Positions 9,532-17,926 of a DNA stretch of 46,081 nucleotides are shown in pieces; the first letter of the stretch is position 1, and every line of letters begins with the position of its first letter. The notes below the pieces were generated by a model. That model was not told the DNA's origin. It saw nothing but the letters and a program-made list of their open reading frames with translations, and made no database searches. Position numbers and translations under genes: made by a program. This DNA is from Chlorobiota bacterium (GTDB taxonomy: Bacteria; Bacteroidota; Bacteroidia; Bacteroidales; F082): the NCBI GenBank assembly GCA_013151505.1, contig JAADID010000175.1:1-46081 (forward strand), read 5' to 3'.

Positions 9532-9723
9532 ATGAGTAAAGGAACAGTAAAGTTCTTCAATGAATCGAAAGGTTTTGGATTCATCAAAGAAGACGACTCT
9601 TCGAACGAATACTTTGTTCATGCTTCCGGTCTGATCGACGAGATCAGGGAAGACGACACAGTAGAGTTTGATTTGAAAGAAGGGAAAAAAGGATTGAATG
9701 CAGTGAATGTAAAAGTAATTTAA
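9532..9723 (+). CDS. cold-shock protein (CSD family)
   Basis: 63-aa ORF with 'GTVKFFNESKGFGFI' (RNP-1) and 'YFVHAS' (RNP-2). Confidence 0.95.
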   Translation: MSKGTVKFFNESKGFGFIKEDDSSNEYFVHASGLIDEIREDDTVEFDLKEGKKGLNAVNVKVI

Positions 9724-9752
9724 CATTTTCTGAATAACTTTTTAGTACTGAA

Positions 9753-9795
9753 AAAGCCCGCCTCGTATGAAACGAGACGGGCTTTCTTCTTTTTG
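9753..9795. terminator. bidirectional rho-independent terminator between csp and the convergent peptidase gene
   Basis: The agcccgcctcgt / acgagacgggct hairpin has 12 bp with 1 mismatch and an atgaa loop. It is flanked by an A-run upstream and ttcttcttttt downstream. Confidence 0.7.
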
Positions 9796-9824
9796 ACAGG
9801 CCAGAAAATCTTTAAGCCCGATTT

Positions 9825-11081
9825 CTATTTAAACTTCTTCATATATTTTTTAAGGACATCCTTATGCACCGTAAAATCCATCATTTTCAGCTTAACGTAA
9901 TCTTCGCTGAAGAAATAATAACCAAACTCGGGGCTGTCTTCACCAACGTTCCTTGAGCCGGAACTGGAGTCTTTGATCAGATACCACATCCTGCCGTCTT
10001 TGTCTTTCAGGTATCCTACCATGTGCATGCCGTGATCGTCGGTAGTGGATTTGTTGGAAAAACGGAACTGGCGGGCATTGTCGTTGATATAATCCGAAGG
10101 AATGTCAAAATCGGGAACCAGCGCAGTGTTGGTGGTTCGCGAAAAGCCGGCTTCCGACACATCGCCGCCAATACTCATTGTATAACCTTTTTCGATGGCA
10201 TGATTCAGTATGTCCATGTACACATCCAACGGTACATTGTAATATTCTTTGCTGTGCCACCAGTTGTCAGGCACTTCATATTCCACTTTTTGCCAGAACG
10301 GCTGCTGCAGATAAGACAATACTTCCACATAATCGTCCATGTTCAGTTGAAGATAATCTTTCAAAAAAGATTTTGGCGTGTACCGTTGACCTTCGAAATC
10401 AAATTCCGCAGGCGGCTCACCCATATAGTGGTTCAGGATTGATTTGATCGTTGCCACCACCTCATCTTCGTTCCAGGCATTTGTTGCTTTAACATTCTTC
10501 AGGTAGCTTCGCATTTCTTTCATCATTTCCGAATGGTCGAAAAATTTACGGCCGCCGATCAGCCCGTCATAAACCGAACGCGGCACAGCACCGTATTTTT
10601 TATAGATCTTTGCCACGGCGTTGGATTCCGATCCCTCGTCAAACAATGACTCTCCCCGTGTTTCAACAAATCCTTTGGCTTTTTCAACATATTCCCAGTA
10701 AACGGTGAACATCTCCGATATCCTCACATCTTTGTTAAAAAGACGGTGCACTTCCGACTCATAAAACGAAGTAGTGGAAAAACACCAGCATGTTCCTGTG
10801 TTTCCCTGCGATGTTGTGGGGGTGTGCCAGTAAGTATGGTCTTTGTAATCGGCCACTTTGTTCGGCAGGTCCAGGCCCGACTGGTCCATGCGGAAATACT
10901 TCACCTTTTTTACCGGTTTTTCTTTTTGCTGAACGGCTTTCACGTCTTTCAGAATAAAATTCTGATAATAACCCGGTTCATACTTTTTGAAAAATGCTTT
11001 GTCTTTGCTCTTATCCTGGGCATTGACAACTGTGGCAGGAATGATCATGGCCACCACAAGAATTGCGATTAACTTTTTCAT
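9825..11081 (-). CDS. pepC: C1-family cysteine peptidase (aminopeptidase C / bleomycin hydrolase-like), secreted
   Basis: 418-aa ORF with a signal peptide. The active-site region 'QGNTGTCWCFS' and the 'DDHGMHMVGY' His region are typical of C1B peptidases. Confidence 0.8.
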   Translation of the reverse strand: MKKLIAILVVAMIIPATVVNAQDKSKDKAFFKKYEPGYYQNFILKDVKAVQQKEKPVKKVKYFRMDQSGLDLPNKVADYKDHTYWHTPTTSQGNTGTCWCFSTTSFYESEVHRLFNKDVRISEMFTVYWEYVEKAKGFVETRGESLFDEGSESNAVAKIYKKYGAVPRSVYDGLIGGRKFFDHSEMMKEMRSYLKNVKATNAWNEDEVVATIKSILNHYMGEPPAEFDFEGQRYTPKSFLKDYLQLNMDDYVEVLSYLQQPFWQKVEYEVPDNWWHSKEYYNVPLDVYMDILNHAIEKGYTMSIGGDVSEAGFSRTTNTALVPDFDIPSDYINDNARQFRFSNKSTTDDHGMHMVGYLKDKDGRMWYLIKDSSSGSRNVGEDSPEFGYYFFSEDYVKLKMMDFTVHKDVLKKYMKKFK

Positions 11082-11271
11082 TTTTTTAATGTTACGATTT
11101 TAATTTCATATTATTTTTAAATCCGATGGGCATCGAACACTTTTTTAAAACGGACAAATGTACATCAATTATACATTTGATGTTTGTTCGCGGAATGATA
11201 TAAAAACCGTTGATAAAACTGAAACTTAAAAACAAAAGGTTGTTTACGGCTTTTAGCGATAGCTGTCCGTT

Positions 11272-11856
11272 TTATTCAATCCAGTTATTTTTAAGTGCAT
11301 AAGCGATCAGTTCGGCGCTGGAGCCCAGTTTGTATTTGTGCAGGATATTTTTCCGGTGGGTCTGAACGGTTTCAAAAGAAATACCCAGTTTTTGAGCGAT
11401 TTCATGACTTTTTAACCCGTCGGCAATACAGCGGATGATCTGTAATTCCCTTTCGGTCGGCATGATATGATTCATTTCATGGCTTCTGCTGGTTAAAAGA
11501 ATTCTTTTTACAGTTACTATCAGTTGTTCTTCGGTAAACGGTTTTGTCAGGTAAGAATCGGGAATGGTTTCAAAAGCTTTTTGAATGACATCGTCGTTGC
11601 TGTAAGCCGAAACATAAATCACTTTTGTCTTCCCTTTCAACAATTTTAAATTTTTGACGAAATCTATTCCCGAACCGCCTTTTCCCAGGTTGATATCACA
11701 CAAAATCAAGTCAATCCCATGTTCGTCATATAAATCAAACGCGCTTTCAATTGAACTTGCAATTCCGATAACTTCAAAGTTATTCTTTTCAAGTATCTGT
11801 TGAATATCCCATGCAACAATCGCATCATCTTCAATAATCAGAATTTTTTTCTTCAT
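11272..11856 (-). CDS. LuxR/NarL-family response regulator
   Basis: REC domain ('ILIIEDD', 'LILCDINL') plus a C-terminal LuxR HTH ('TERELQIIRCIADGLKSHEIAQKLGISFETVQTHRKNI'). Confidence 0.9.
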   Translation of the reverse strand: MKKKILIIEDDAIVAWDIQQILEKNNFEVIGIASSIESAFDLYDEHGIDLILCDINLGKGGSGIDFVKNLKLLKGKTKVIYVSAYSNDDVIQKAFETIPDSYLTKPFTEEQLIVTVKRILLTSRSHEMNHIMPTERELQIIRCIADGLKSHEIAQKLGISFETVQTHRKNILHKYKLGSSAELIAYALKNNWIE

Positions 11857-11869
11857 AATAATTTAAAAT

Positions 11870-13135
11870 TTACTGATTCGGAGGATTTGTATTGTCAAGT
11901 TCGTAATCAAGTTCTATGGTGATCATATTTTTCACTTCATCAATTATCAGATTTCCACGATAATTGGATACCAGCGTATGAATGAGTTCGTAACCAAATC
12001 CCGCATTATTTTCGTCTGCCATTCTCTGGATTCCCGTTCCGCTATCTTTGACAACAATTTGAATTTTTTCATTTCCATCTCTGCGGATATCCAGATTGAT
12101 CGTCTTATTTTTCTGATCTTTAATACCATGTTTTAACGAGTTTGTTATCGTTTCGTTGATGATCAGACCGACCGAGACAGCCTCATCAACAGGCAGGATG
12201 ATTTTTTGAACATTTACATTAATGGTAATTTCATTTTCATTAGCTGTTAAAAATTTCTTTATGAACGGGATCAATTCATTTGTATATTCAGCAATATCAA
12301 TTTTTGTTGAATGCATATTATTTTTCTGATATAACTGACGGTGGATCAAAGCGATGGAAGAAATCCGTTGTATTGAATCATGGATGGCATTTTTTGCTGC
12401 TTTATCTTCCAACTGATTGGCCTGTATATTCAGCAGGCTGGAAATAACCTGCAGGTTGTTTTTTACACGATGATTCATTTCACTGAGCAGAAGGGAGGCC
12501 AGTTCCGCATGCTCCTCCGAAATTTCAGCTGTTTTTTTTAGCAACTGGTTCTGTTTTATAATTACCTCCCGGTTTTGCGCATACTGTTCCCGGAATAAAC
12601 TGACTGAAAAAATACTGAGGCCGAATGCCACTACCCCGTCAATAATAGTGATCAATTGCTGAATGCGCGGATCAGGTTTAATCGTGAAAAAAGGAAACAA
12701 ACCCTCTTCGGATACAACAAATAAAAAAAGAATTAATGAAAAATAAGTGTATAAGTAAATTTTCCTTTCAATAACAAACGCAGCGACAATAAAAAGCGGG
12801 AAAAGATAAAAATGAGCGCCGACATCAATAATCAATTCAATGGAACCAACATGGAATGCAAGTGATAAAAAAAACAGGGCCCTTGCAAAAATATAACTGT
12901 GCCTGCTGTTTAAAAACAAAACCAGCAGCATACACACTAATGTTGTAAAGTTGATAACCGTAATAAAAACATTATTCAGGACATTTCCCCAGAGAGAATT
13001 AAAAGCAAGAAAAACGATAGCGATCATTGACAGGCCATTTAAAATCCTGACCTTTTGATACAAATCAAAATCTGATTCCTCTTCAATCCCCAGGTTCAAA
13101 GCTCTGTAAAATATGTTTCTTACCTTTGACACCAT
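11870..13135 (-). CDS. membrane sensor histidine kinase (HisKA_2 / HWE-like type)
   Basis: About 6 N-terminal TM helices, an H-box 'EMNHRVKNNLQVISSLLNIQ' and a HATPase_c region ('VKDSGTGI'). It lies 13 nt upstream of its response regulator. Confidence 0.85.
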   Translation of the reverse strand: MVSKVRNIFYRALNLGIEEESDFDLYQKVRILNGLSMIAIVFLAFNSLWGNVLNNVFITVINFTTLVCMLLVLFLNSRHSYIFARALFFLSLAFHVGSIELIIDVGAHFYLFPLFIVAAFVIERKIYLYTYFSLILFLFVVSEEGLFPFFTIKPDPRIQQLITIIDGVVAFGLSIFSVSLFREQYAQNREVIIKQNQLLKKTAEISEEHAELASLLLSEMNHRVKNNLQVISSLLNIQANQLEDKAAKNAIHDSIQRISSIALIHRQLYQKNNMHSTKIDIAEYTNELIPFIKKFLTANENEITINVNVQKIILPVDEAVSVGLIINETITNSLKHGIKDQKNKTINLDIRRDGNEKIQIVVKDSGTGIQRMADENNAGFGYELIHTLVSNYRGNLIIDEVKNMITIELDYELDNTNPPNQ

Positions 13136-13358
13136 TTTCGTGGCTGATTAAATAAAGAAAAATTAGTGTTCTAAGAATAAGCTGAGCAGTCTCGGTCTTT
13201 GTAATACGCGATAAATATATAAATTTTATGCGACATTTCCATTATGAAATAAAAAATACTTTGTTTCAACATTTTACAACCTGATCTTTCGGGCAGTCAA
13301 AAAAAATTTTAACCGGGAAACGAACCCGTTTTTAATCTGTAAATTAATCTGATAAATT

Positions 13359-13904
13359 ATGAAGAACCCTGTTTTAGAAATCCTGTTTATATTCTTTTTA
13401 ATCCCTGTGATGACCATAGCCCAATCCTCTGATTTTTATGATTACTCGGTGACTGACATTGATGGGAACCCGTTTTCATTCGATCAGTTGAAAGGAAAAA
13501 AAGTGATGATCGTCAATGTGGCATCAAAATGCGGCAACACCCCACAGTACGAACAATTAGAAGCTGTTTATGAAAAATATAAAGACAAGGGGTTTATCAT
13601 CATCGGATTTCCTGCTAACAATTTTATGCATCAGGAACCGGGCACAAATCAGGAGATCAAGGAATTTTGCACCCTGAATTACGGGGTTACATTCCCCATG
13701 ATGGCCAAAATATCAGTTAAAGGAAAAGACATGGCGCCTGTTTACAAGTGGCTTACACAAAAAAGTCTTAACGGGAAAAAAGACTCAAAGGTAAAATGGA
13801 ATTTCCAGAAATACCTGATCAGCGCCGACGGAAAACTGGAGAAAGTGATCAGCCCGAAAGTCAAGCCCGATGACCCGGTGATCATCCAATGGATCGAGAA
13901 CTGA
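13359..13904 (+). CDS. gpx: glutathione peroxidase (Cys-type), secreted
   Basis: 'VNVASKCGNTPQY', 'GFPANNF' and 'KWNFQKYLI' are GPx signature motifs. An N-terminal signal peptide is present. Confidence 0.9.
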   Translation: MKNPVLEILFIFFLIPVMTIAQSSDFYDYSVTDIDGNPFSFDQLKGKKVMIVNVASKCGNTPQYEQLEAVYEKYKDKGFIIIGFPANNFMHQEPGTNQEIKEFCTLNYGVTFPMMAKISVKGKDMAPVYKWLTQKSLNGKKDSKVKWNFQKYLISADGKLEKVISPKVKPDDPVIIQWIEN

Positions 13905-13957
13905 TCATGGCGTAGTTTTTGCAATTATCTTAAACGTAAAATAATATTCAGGTCGTA

Positions 13958-14332
13958 ATGATCCGCAAATATATTTTCCCTTTTCTGGTGTCAATCGTTG
14001 TATTCTCCTTTTTGGGGTTTTACCCTACCGATTGTTCAATGGAAGGAGATGCCGGAGGCTGCCTGACCGCTAATCCGGCTCAACTTGATAATTGCACGTG
14101 GAACGACATCGAATTGAAAGGGAAAGTACAGTTTGTTGAATCTTTTCCCGATATCAAGATACAATTTGTGGATGCCTTTCCCGACCTGAAAGTTAAATTT
14201 GTGGATGCTTTCCCCGATGATTGCGGGGAATGGCAGGTTGTGGAATCTTTCCCGGATTTTAAAATCCAGATCGTAGATGCATTTCCTGACATCAAGATTC
14301 AGGTGGTGGATGCTTTCCCGGGGTTGCCTTAA
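13958..14332 (+). CDS. secreted tandem-repeat protein with six (V/I)xxV(E/D)(S/A)FP(D/G) units
   Basis: 124-aa ORF with a signal/anchor. It contains 33-bp/11-aa tandem units such as IQFVDAFPDLK from 14126 to 14329. Confidence 0.6.
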   Translation: MIRKYIFPFLVSIVVFSFLGFYPTDCSMEGDAGGCLTANPAQLDNCTWNDIELKGKVQFVESFPDIKIQFVDAFPDLKVKFVDAFPDDCGEWQVVESFPDFKIQIVDAFPDIKIQVVDAFPGLP

Positions 14333-14459
14333 GAAATGGAATCTTTAACGAACCCCGATCCTGATTCTGGGAAACTCTGATCAGTATCTTATCACAAAGA
14401 ATTTTTTAGTGGCTATTCTTTTTTGAGAAAGGATAAATTGTATCTTTGAATACCATAAA

Positions 14460-15176
14460 ATGAATCATCTGAAAAAGAAAAAAATGAAAATTATATTTAC
14501 CATTATTGTCGCGCTGGTATTTATATCAACGGGGCTGGGCCAGGATGATGCACAGTTCAACAGAGCTCATGCAGGCATCCATAAAGTGATTGTAACGAAG
14601 GTTTTACAAACTGATTCATATACTTATTTGCTGGTAAAGGAAAATGATAAAACCCAGTGGCTGGCTATGCCTAAAATTGAGGCAAAGCCGGGTGAAGTTT
14701 ATTATTATCAGGGCGGGAACGAAATGAAGGATTTTAAAAGCTCGCAACTGAACCGGACGTTTGAGTCGGTATTGTTCCTCGGTGGTGTTGTAAAAGCCGA
14801 TGATCTGAACATGAAAAAAAAGGAACCAGGTAAGGGTAAAACCGCGTCTGATAAAAAATTAGAATTAAGCCTGGAACCTGTTACAGGTGGCCTGACGATT
14901 TCCGAACTGCTTGCCAACAAATCGAAATACGCCGGGAAAACTGTTAAAGTCAAAGGGAAAGTCACACAGTTCAGTTCAGGCATTATGAAAAGAAACTGGA
15001 TACATTTGCAGGACGGGACCGAATATGACGGAAAGTATGACCTCGTTGTTACTACACAATCGAATGCTGTTGTCGGGGATACGGTCGTTTTTGAAGGAAC
15101 AATTACCCTGGATAAAGATTTTGGCTTCGGCTATTTTTACGACTTGATCATGGAAAATGCTCAAAAGATTCAGTAA
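14460..15176 (+). CDS. secreted hypothetical protein with OB-fold-like C-terminal half
   Basis: 238-aa ORF. The signal peptide is best fitted from the second ATG (14481, 'MKIIFTIIVALVFISTG'). A TAtcTTTG box lies at 14441..14448. 'KVKGKVTQFSSGIMKRNWIHLQDGT' is an OB-fold-like motif. Confidence 0.6.
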   Translation: MNHLKKKKMKIIFTIIVALVFISTGLGQDDAQFNRAHAGIHKVIVTKVLQTDSYTYLLVKENDKTQWLAMPKIEAKPGEVYYYQGGNEMKDFKSSQLNRTFESVLFLGGVVKADDLNMKKKEPGKGKTASDKKLELSLEPVTGGLTISELLANKSKYAGKTVKVKGKVTQFSSGIMKRNWIHLQDGTEYDGKYDLVVTTQSNAVVGDTVVFEGTITLDKDFGFGYFYDLIMENAQKIQ

Positions 15177-15189
15177 GCCATCTTCCTGC

Positions 15190-15429
15190 TTATATTTTAT
15201 GTTTCCTGTAAAGTTCGATACGGATCGGGCAATCACAAAAAGTTCTCTCATTGATTTTCGATTGAAACGGGCAGGGCGTTTTACTCTGGTTCAGGACAAA
15301 GTGTACATCGCAATCAAAACAGGAAAGCACTTTGCATAAATCTTTCCGCTCTCCAGACAGGCACGAAAAGTTTTTATCGCATTTAAATGCGGCCTGTTTA
15401 ATTTCATCTCTTATATATAGTCGTTCCAT
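15190..15429 (-). CDS. small cysteine-rich protein (8 Cys in 79 aa)
   Basis: The ORF lies 147 nt downstream of the 17-haem gene on the same strand. Cys pattern: C-x6-C-x9-C-x4-C-x2-C ... C-x11-C-x-C. No CXXCH motif and no signal peptide. Confidence 0.45.
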   Translation of the reverse strand: MERLYIRDEIKQAAFKCDKNFSCLSGERKDLCKVLSCFDCDVHFVLNQSKTPCPFQSKINERTFCDCPIRIELYRKHKI

Positions 15430-15576
15430 AATCTTTAACCTCTTTAATTTCTACAATCGCTTATGAGAGCTGTCTGTTGTTTTTGATAGTTACCGCATTA
15501 GTTATAAAATATTGTTTTCCCCTTGCTGTCCATTAAAGTTCATCTGGCCGTCAACAATTCAAATTCGTTCGCGCTT

Positions 15577-17901
15577 TTATTTTTGATTCAAATGAAAAAT
15601 CGTAGGATTTTCCCATTGCAGAGAATCAAGAACCTTACCGGCAAACGTTGAACCGCACGGTACCGAATTGCCGCCTCCGGCCCAGTCGTTGTTTTGCCAG
15701 GCCGCACCATGGCCGTGGCAGGTTTGACAACCGTTGCAGTAGGAATGCCATGAATAGGCATCCAACCAGTCCGCATGACAGACGTTACATAATCCTTCAC
15801 TACCGCCCCAATCAACAATGGTACCCGAGATCGTTATTTTTACCGCCCTGCTGGTGCCATAGGTATCCCATGGCGGCCCGGTCCATTGAGGGCCCGGTCT
15901 TACACCGTCGTCAACATAAGCAGTGCCGTCAACGTAATCACGGATCATATATGGGTTACCGACAGTATTGCTTGTTGTATATGAACCGTGCGGGTCATGG
16001 CAGTCGTTGCACAAAACTTCGTAATCCGGTGCACCCGAATAACCCGGCCAGTCTCTTTTCGTATCCACTCCGTGTGCAGCGTTCGTCCATGTATAATCCA
16101 CATACCAGGGCGTAGAAGTGTAATTACAACTTTCAAGACCCCGGAGCGCTATTGTCGGCCCCTTTACATTTGCAGGGAAGCCCGGATTATCGGGACCGGT
16201 TCCCCCGTTATGGCATGACAGGCAAAAACCGTTGCCGGTACCTGACCAGACAGTGGTTGCATTGAAAGGATCTATCAGTGGCGTGCTTGCAGAAGACGTG
16301 TGCGAGCCGTGGCAATTCAGACACTCCAGTTTTGCACCGCTGAAGGCCTGGTCGGCATCGCTTATATCGTGATGGCTGTTCACCCCGCGCATGGTTCCTT
16401 CGTTCCCGAAACAAACATCGCCATACCATTCGTTCCATTGCAAAGTTCCCAGAAAGCGTGTGGCAACATCAGGGGGTGTATTGCCGTTGCCGAAAGGATC
16501 GAACGGGTTGGTTAAAAACTGCGCTCCGTCGGCATCATGGCAACCCATGCAGAAATTGGAGACATCAGGATCGGTGTGTAACGAATCCGGTTTCAGGAAT
16601 GTTAAAATGCTGCCGTCATCAGGATCAATCAACTTTACGTAACCGTTTTTATGTCCGGACATGGAATGACATACTACGCAGTCGCTATTGTCAAGATTGC
16701 CACCATAATGCGCGTGTGCGTTACTTGCCGGAAACTCGGCCACGATGGCCCTCCTGCCTCCCACCGGAACGCCATCCAGGTTATCCTGGTTGTAACTGTG
16801 GCAACTTATACATCCTCCCTGTGCTACAAATTCATCGGCATGAGAGTGGCACGCTACGCAGTTAATATTCAGGTTGTGGACATGGTTGCCGCTGGAATTA
16901 TTCCTGTGATACTTTGTTGTAGTGTGGCAAACTTCGCAGATGCCATCGTAAGTATTGTCGCCATCGGCAAATGAGTTGGGCCCGGTTTCGGTAATAAACA
17001 ACACAGGTTTCAGCCCGCTGTTGGTTGTTTGCACCTCATCTTTCGTCATGTATATATTCGTAAGATTCGGGTTGTGGGTTTGATGGCATTGCTTGCAGCT
17101 TGCTCCCTGGTGACCGGTATAGGTATGGCAGGTGGTGCACAAATTGTTGTCGTTGGTCGTGCGCAGCAAATAGCCGTCACCCGTACCGCCGTTTGCCCCG
17201 CCCGAGGTGGTGTAATGAATGCCGTGGCAACTGCTGCATTCCACCTGGCCGCCGATAAGGATGATGTCAGGATTCTGCGGTGCAGCGTAAAAGCGTGAAT
17301 CTGTTGTAGGGTATGTTTTGCCTACCGGATGGCTCCCTTTGTTGTTCGGGTCATCCTGATAAGTACCCACGTTGCGGACCGAATGGCAATCCTTGCACAT
17401 GGCATCCTGATTGTTCGATGTCCTTAAAAAAGGCGAATAGGTGGAAACATGGGGGTTATGACAGGTTGAGCAGACAATTTCGTCATACATGACTTTTTCA
17501 GCCATTTTCGGGTCGGAGGGAAAATTGGCGCCATAATCCGCATTTACGATGGGTTTGTTCCACGCATGGGATGTGCCGCTGACTCCCGGTTCGGCACGAT
17601 CGGCATCTGAAAACGGGGTGCTGCTTGCCATTCCCACAGGATTGTGACAACTCATGCAAAGGTTGGCATTTCCCGCAACAGCCGTCAACTGGTCACCCGG
17701 CGCATTGTTCAAAACATGGCAGGTTAAACAGGGGATTGCATCGTTATAATGGGCGAAATCACCTTCCAGAGAATTTAACCTTTCCTTTAAATTATTGCCC
17801 GAATACTGGGAGCCCGCTTTCTTTACAATCAGAAAAGCCACTGCAATAATGAGCAGTACGGCAAACGGAAATATCGGAATATGGTATTTTGTATTTTTCA
17901 T
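15577..17901 (-). CDS. 17-haem c-type cytochrome with N-terminal membrane anchor/signal
   Basis: 774-aa ORF with an ATG start. I counted 17 CXXCH motifs. There is one N-terminal hydrophobic helix ('IPIFPFAVLLIIAVAFLIV'). The gene lies 25 nt downstream of the NHL gene. Confidence 0.9.
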   Translation of the reverse strand: MKNTKYHIPIFPFAVLLIIAVAFLIVKKAGSQYSGNNLKERLNSLEGDFAHYNDAIPCLTCHVLNNAPGDQLTAVAGNANLCMSCHNPVGMASSTPFSDADRAEPGVSGTSHAWNKPIVNADYGANFPSDPKMAEKVMYDEIVCSTCHNPHVSTYSPFLRTSNNQDAMCKDCHSVRNVGTYQDDPNNKGSHPVGKTYPTTDSRFYAAPQNPDIILIGGQVECSSCHGIHYTTSGGANGGTGDGYLLRTTNDNNLCTTCHTYTGHQGASCKQCHQTHNPNLTNIYMTKDEVQTTNSGLKPVLFITETGPNSFADGDNTYDGICEVCHTTTKYHRNNSSGNHVHNLNINCVACHSHADEFVAQGGCISCHSYNQDNLDGVPVGGRRAIVAEFPASNAHAHYGGNLDNSDCVVCHSMSGHKNGYVKLIDPDDGSILTFLKPDSLHTDPDVSNFCMGCHDADGAQFLTNPFDPFGNGNTPPDVATRFLGTLQWNEWYGDVCFGNEGTMRGVNSHHDISDADQAFSGAKLECLNCHGSHTSSASTPLIDPFNATTVWSGTGNGFCLSCHNGGTGPDNPGFPANVKGPTIALRGLESCNYTSTPWYVDYTWTNAAHGVDTKRDWPGYSGAPDYEVLCNDCHDPHGSYTTSNTVGNPYMIRDYVDGTAYVDDGVRPGPQWTGPPWDTYGTSRAVKITISGTIVDWGGSEGLCNVCHADWLDAYSWHSYCNGCQTCHGHGAAWQNNDWAGGGNSVPCGSTFAGKVLDSLQWENPTIFHLNQK

Positions 17902-17926
17902 AATTATCGCTGTTGACAGGTAAAAG

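Noticed and set aside
15588-17849. Many 60-155-aa ORFs on both strands within the 17-haem cytochrome gene.
   Set aside because: They are shadow ORFs of a gene whose frame is validated by 17 in-frame CXXCH motifs. None has a recognisable motif.
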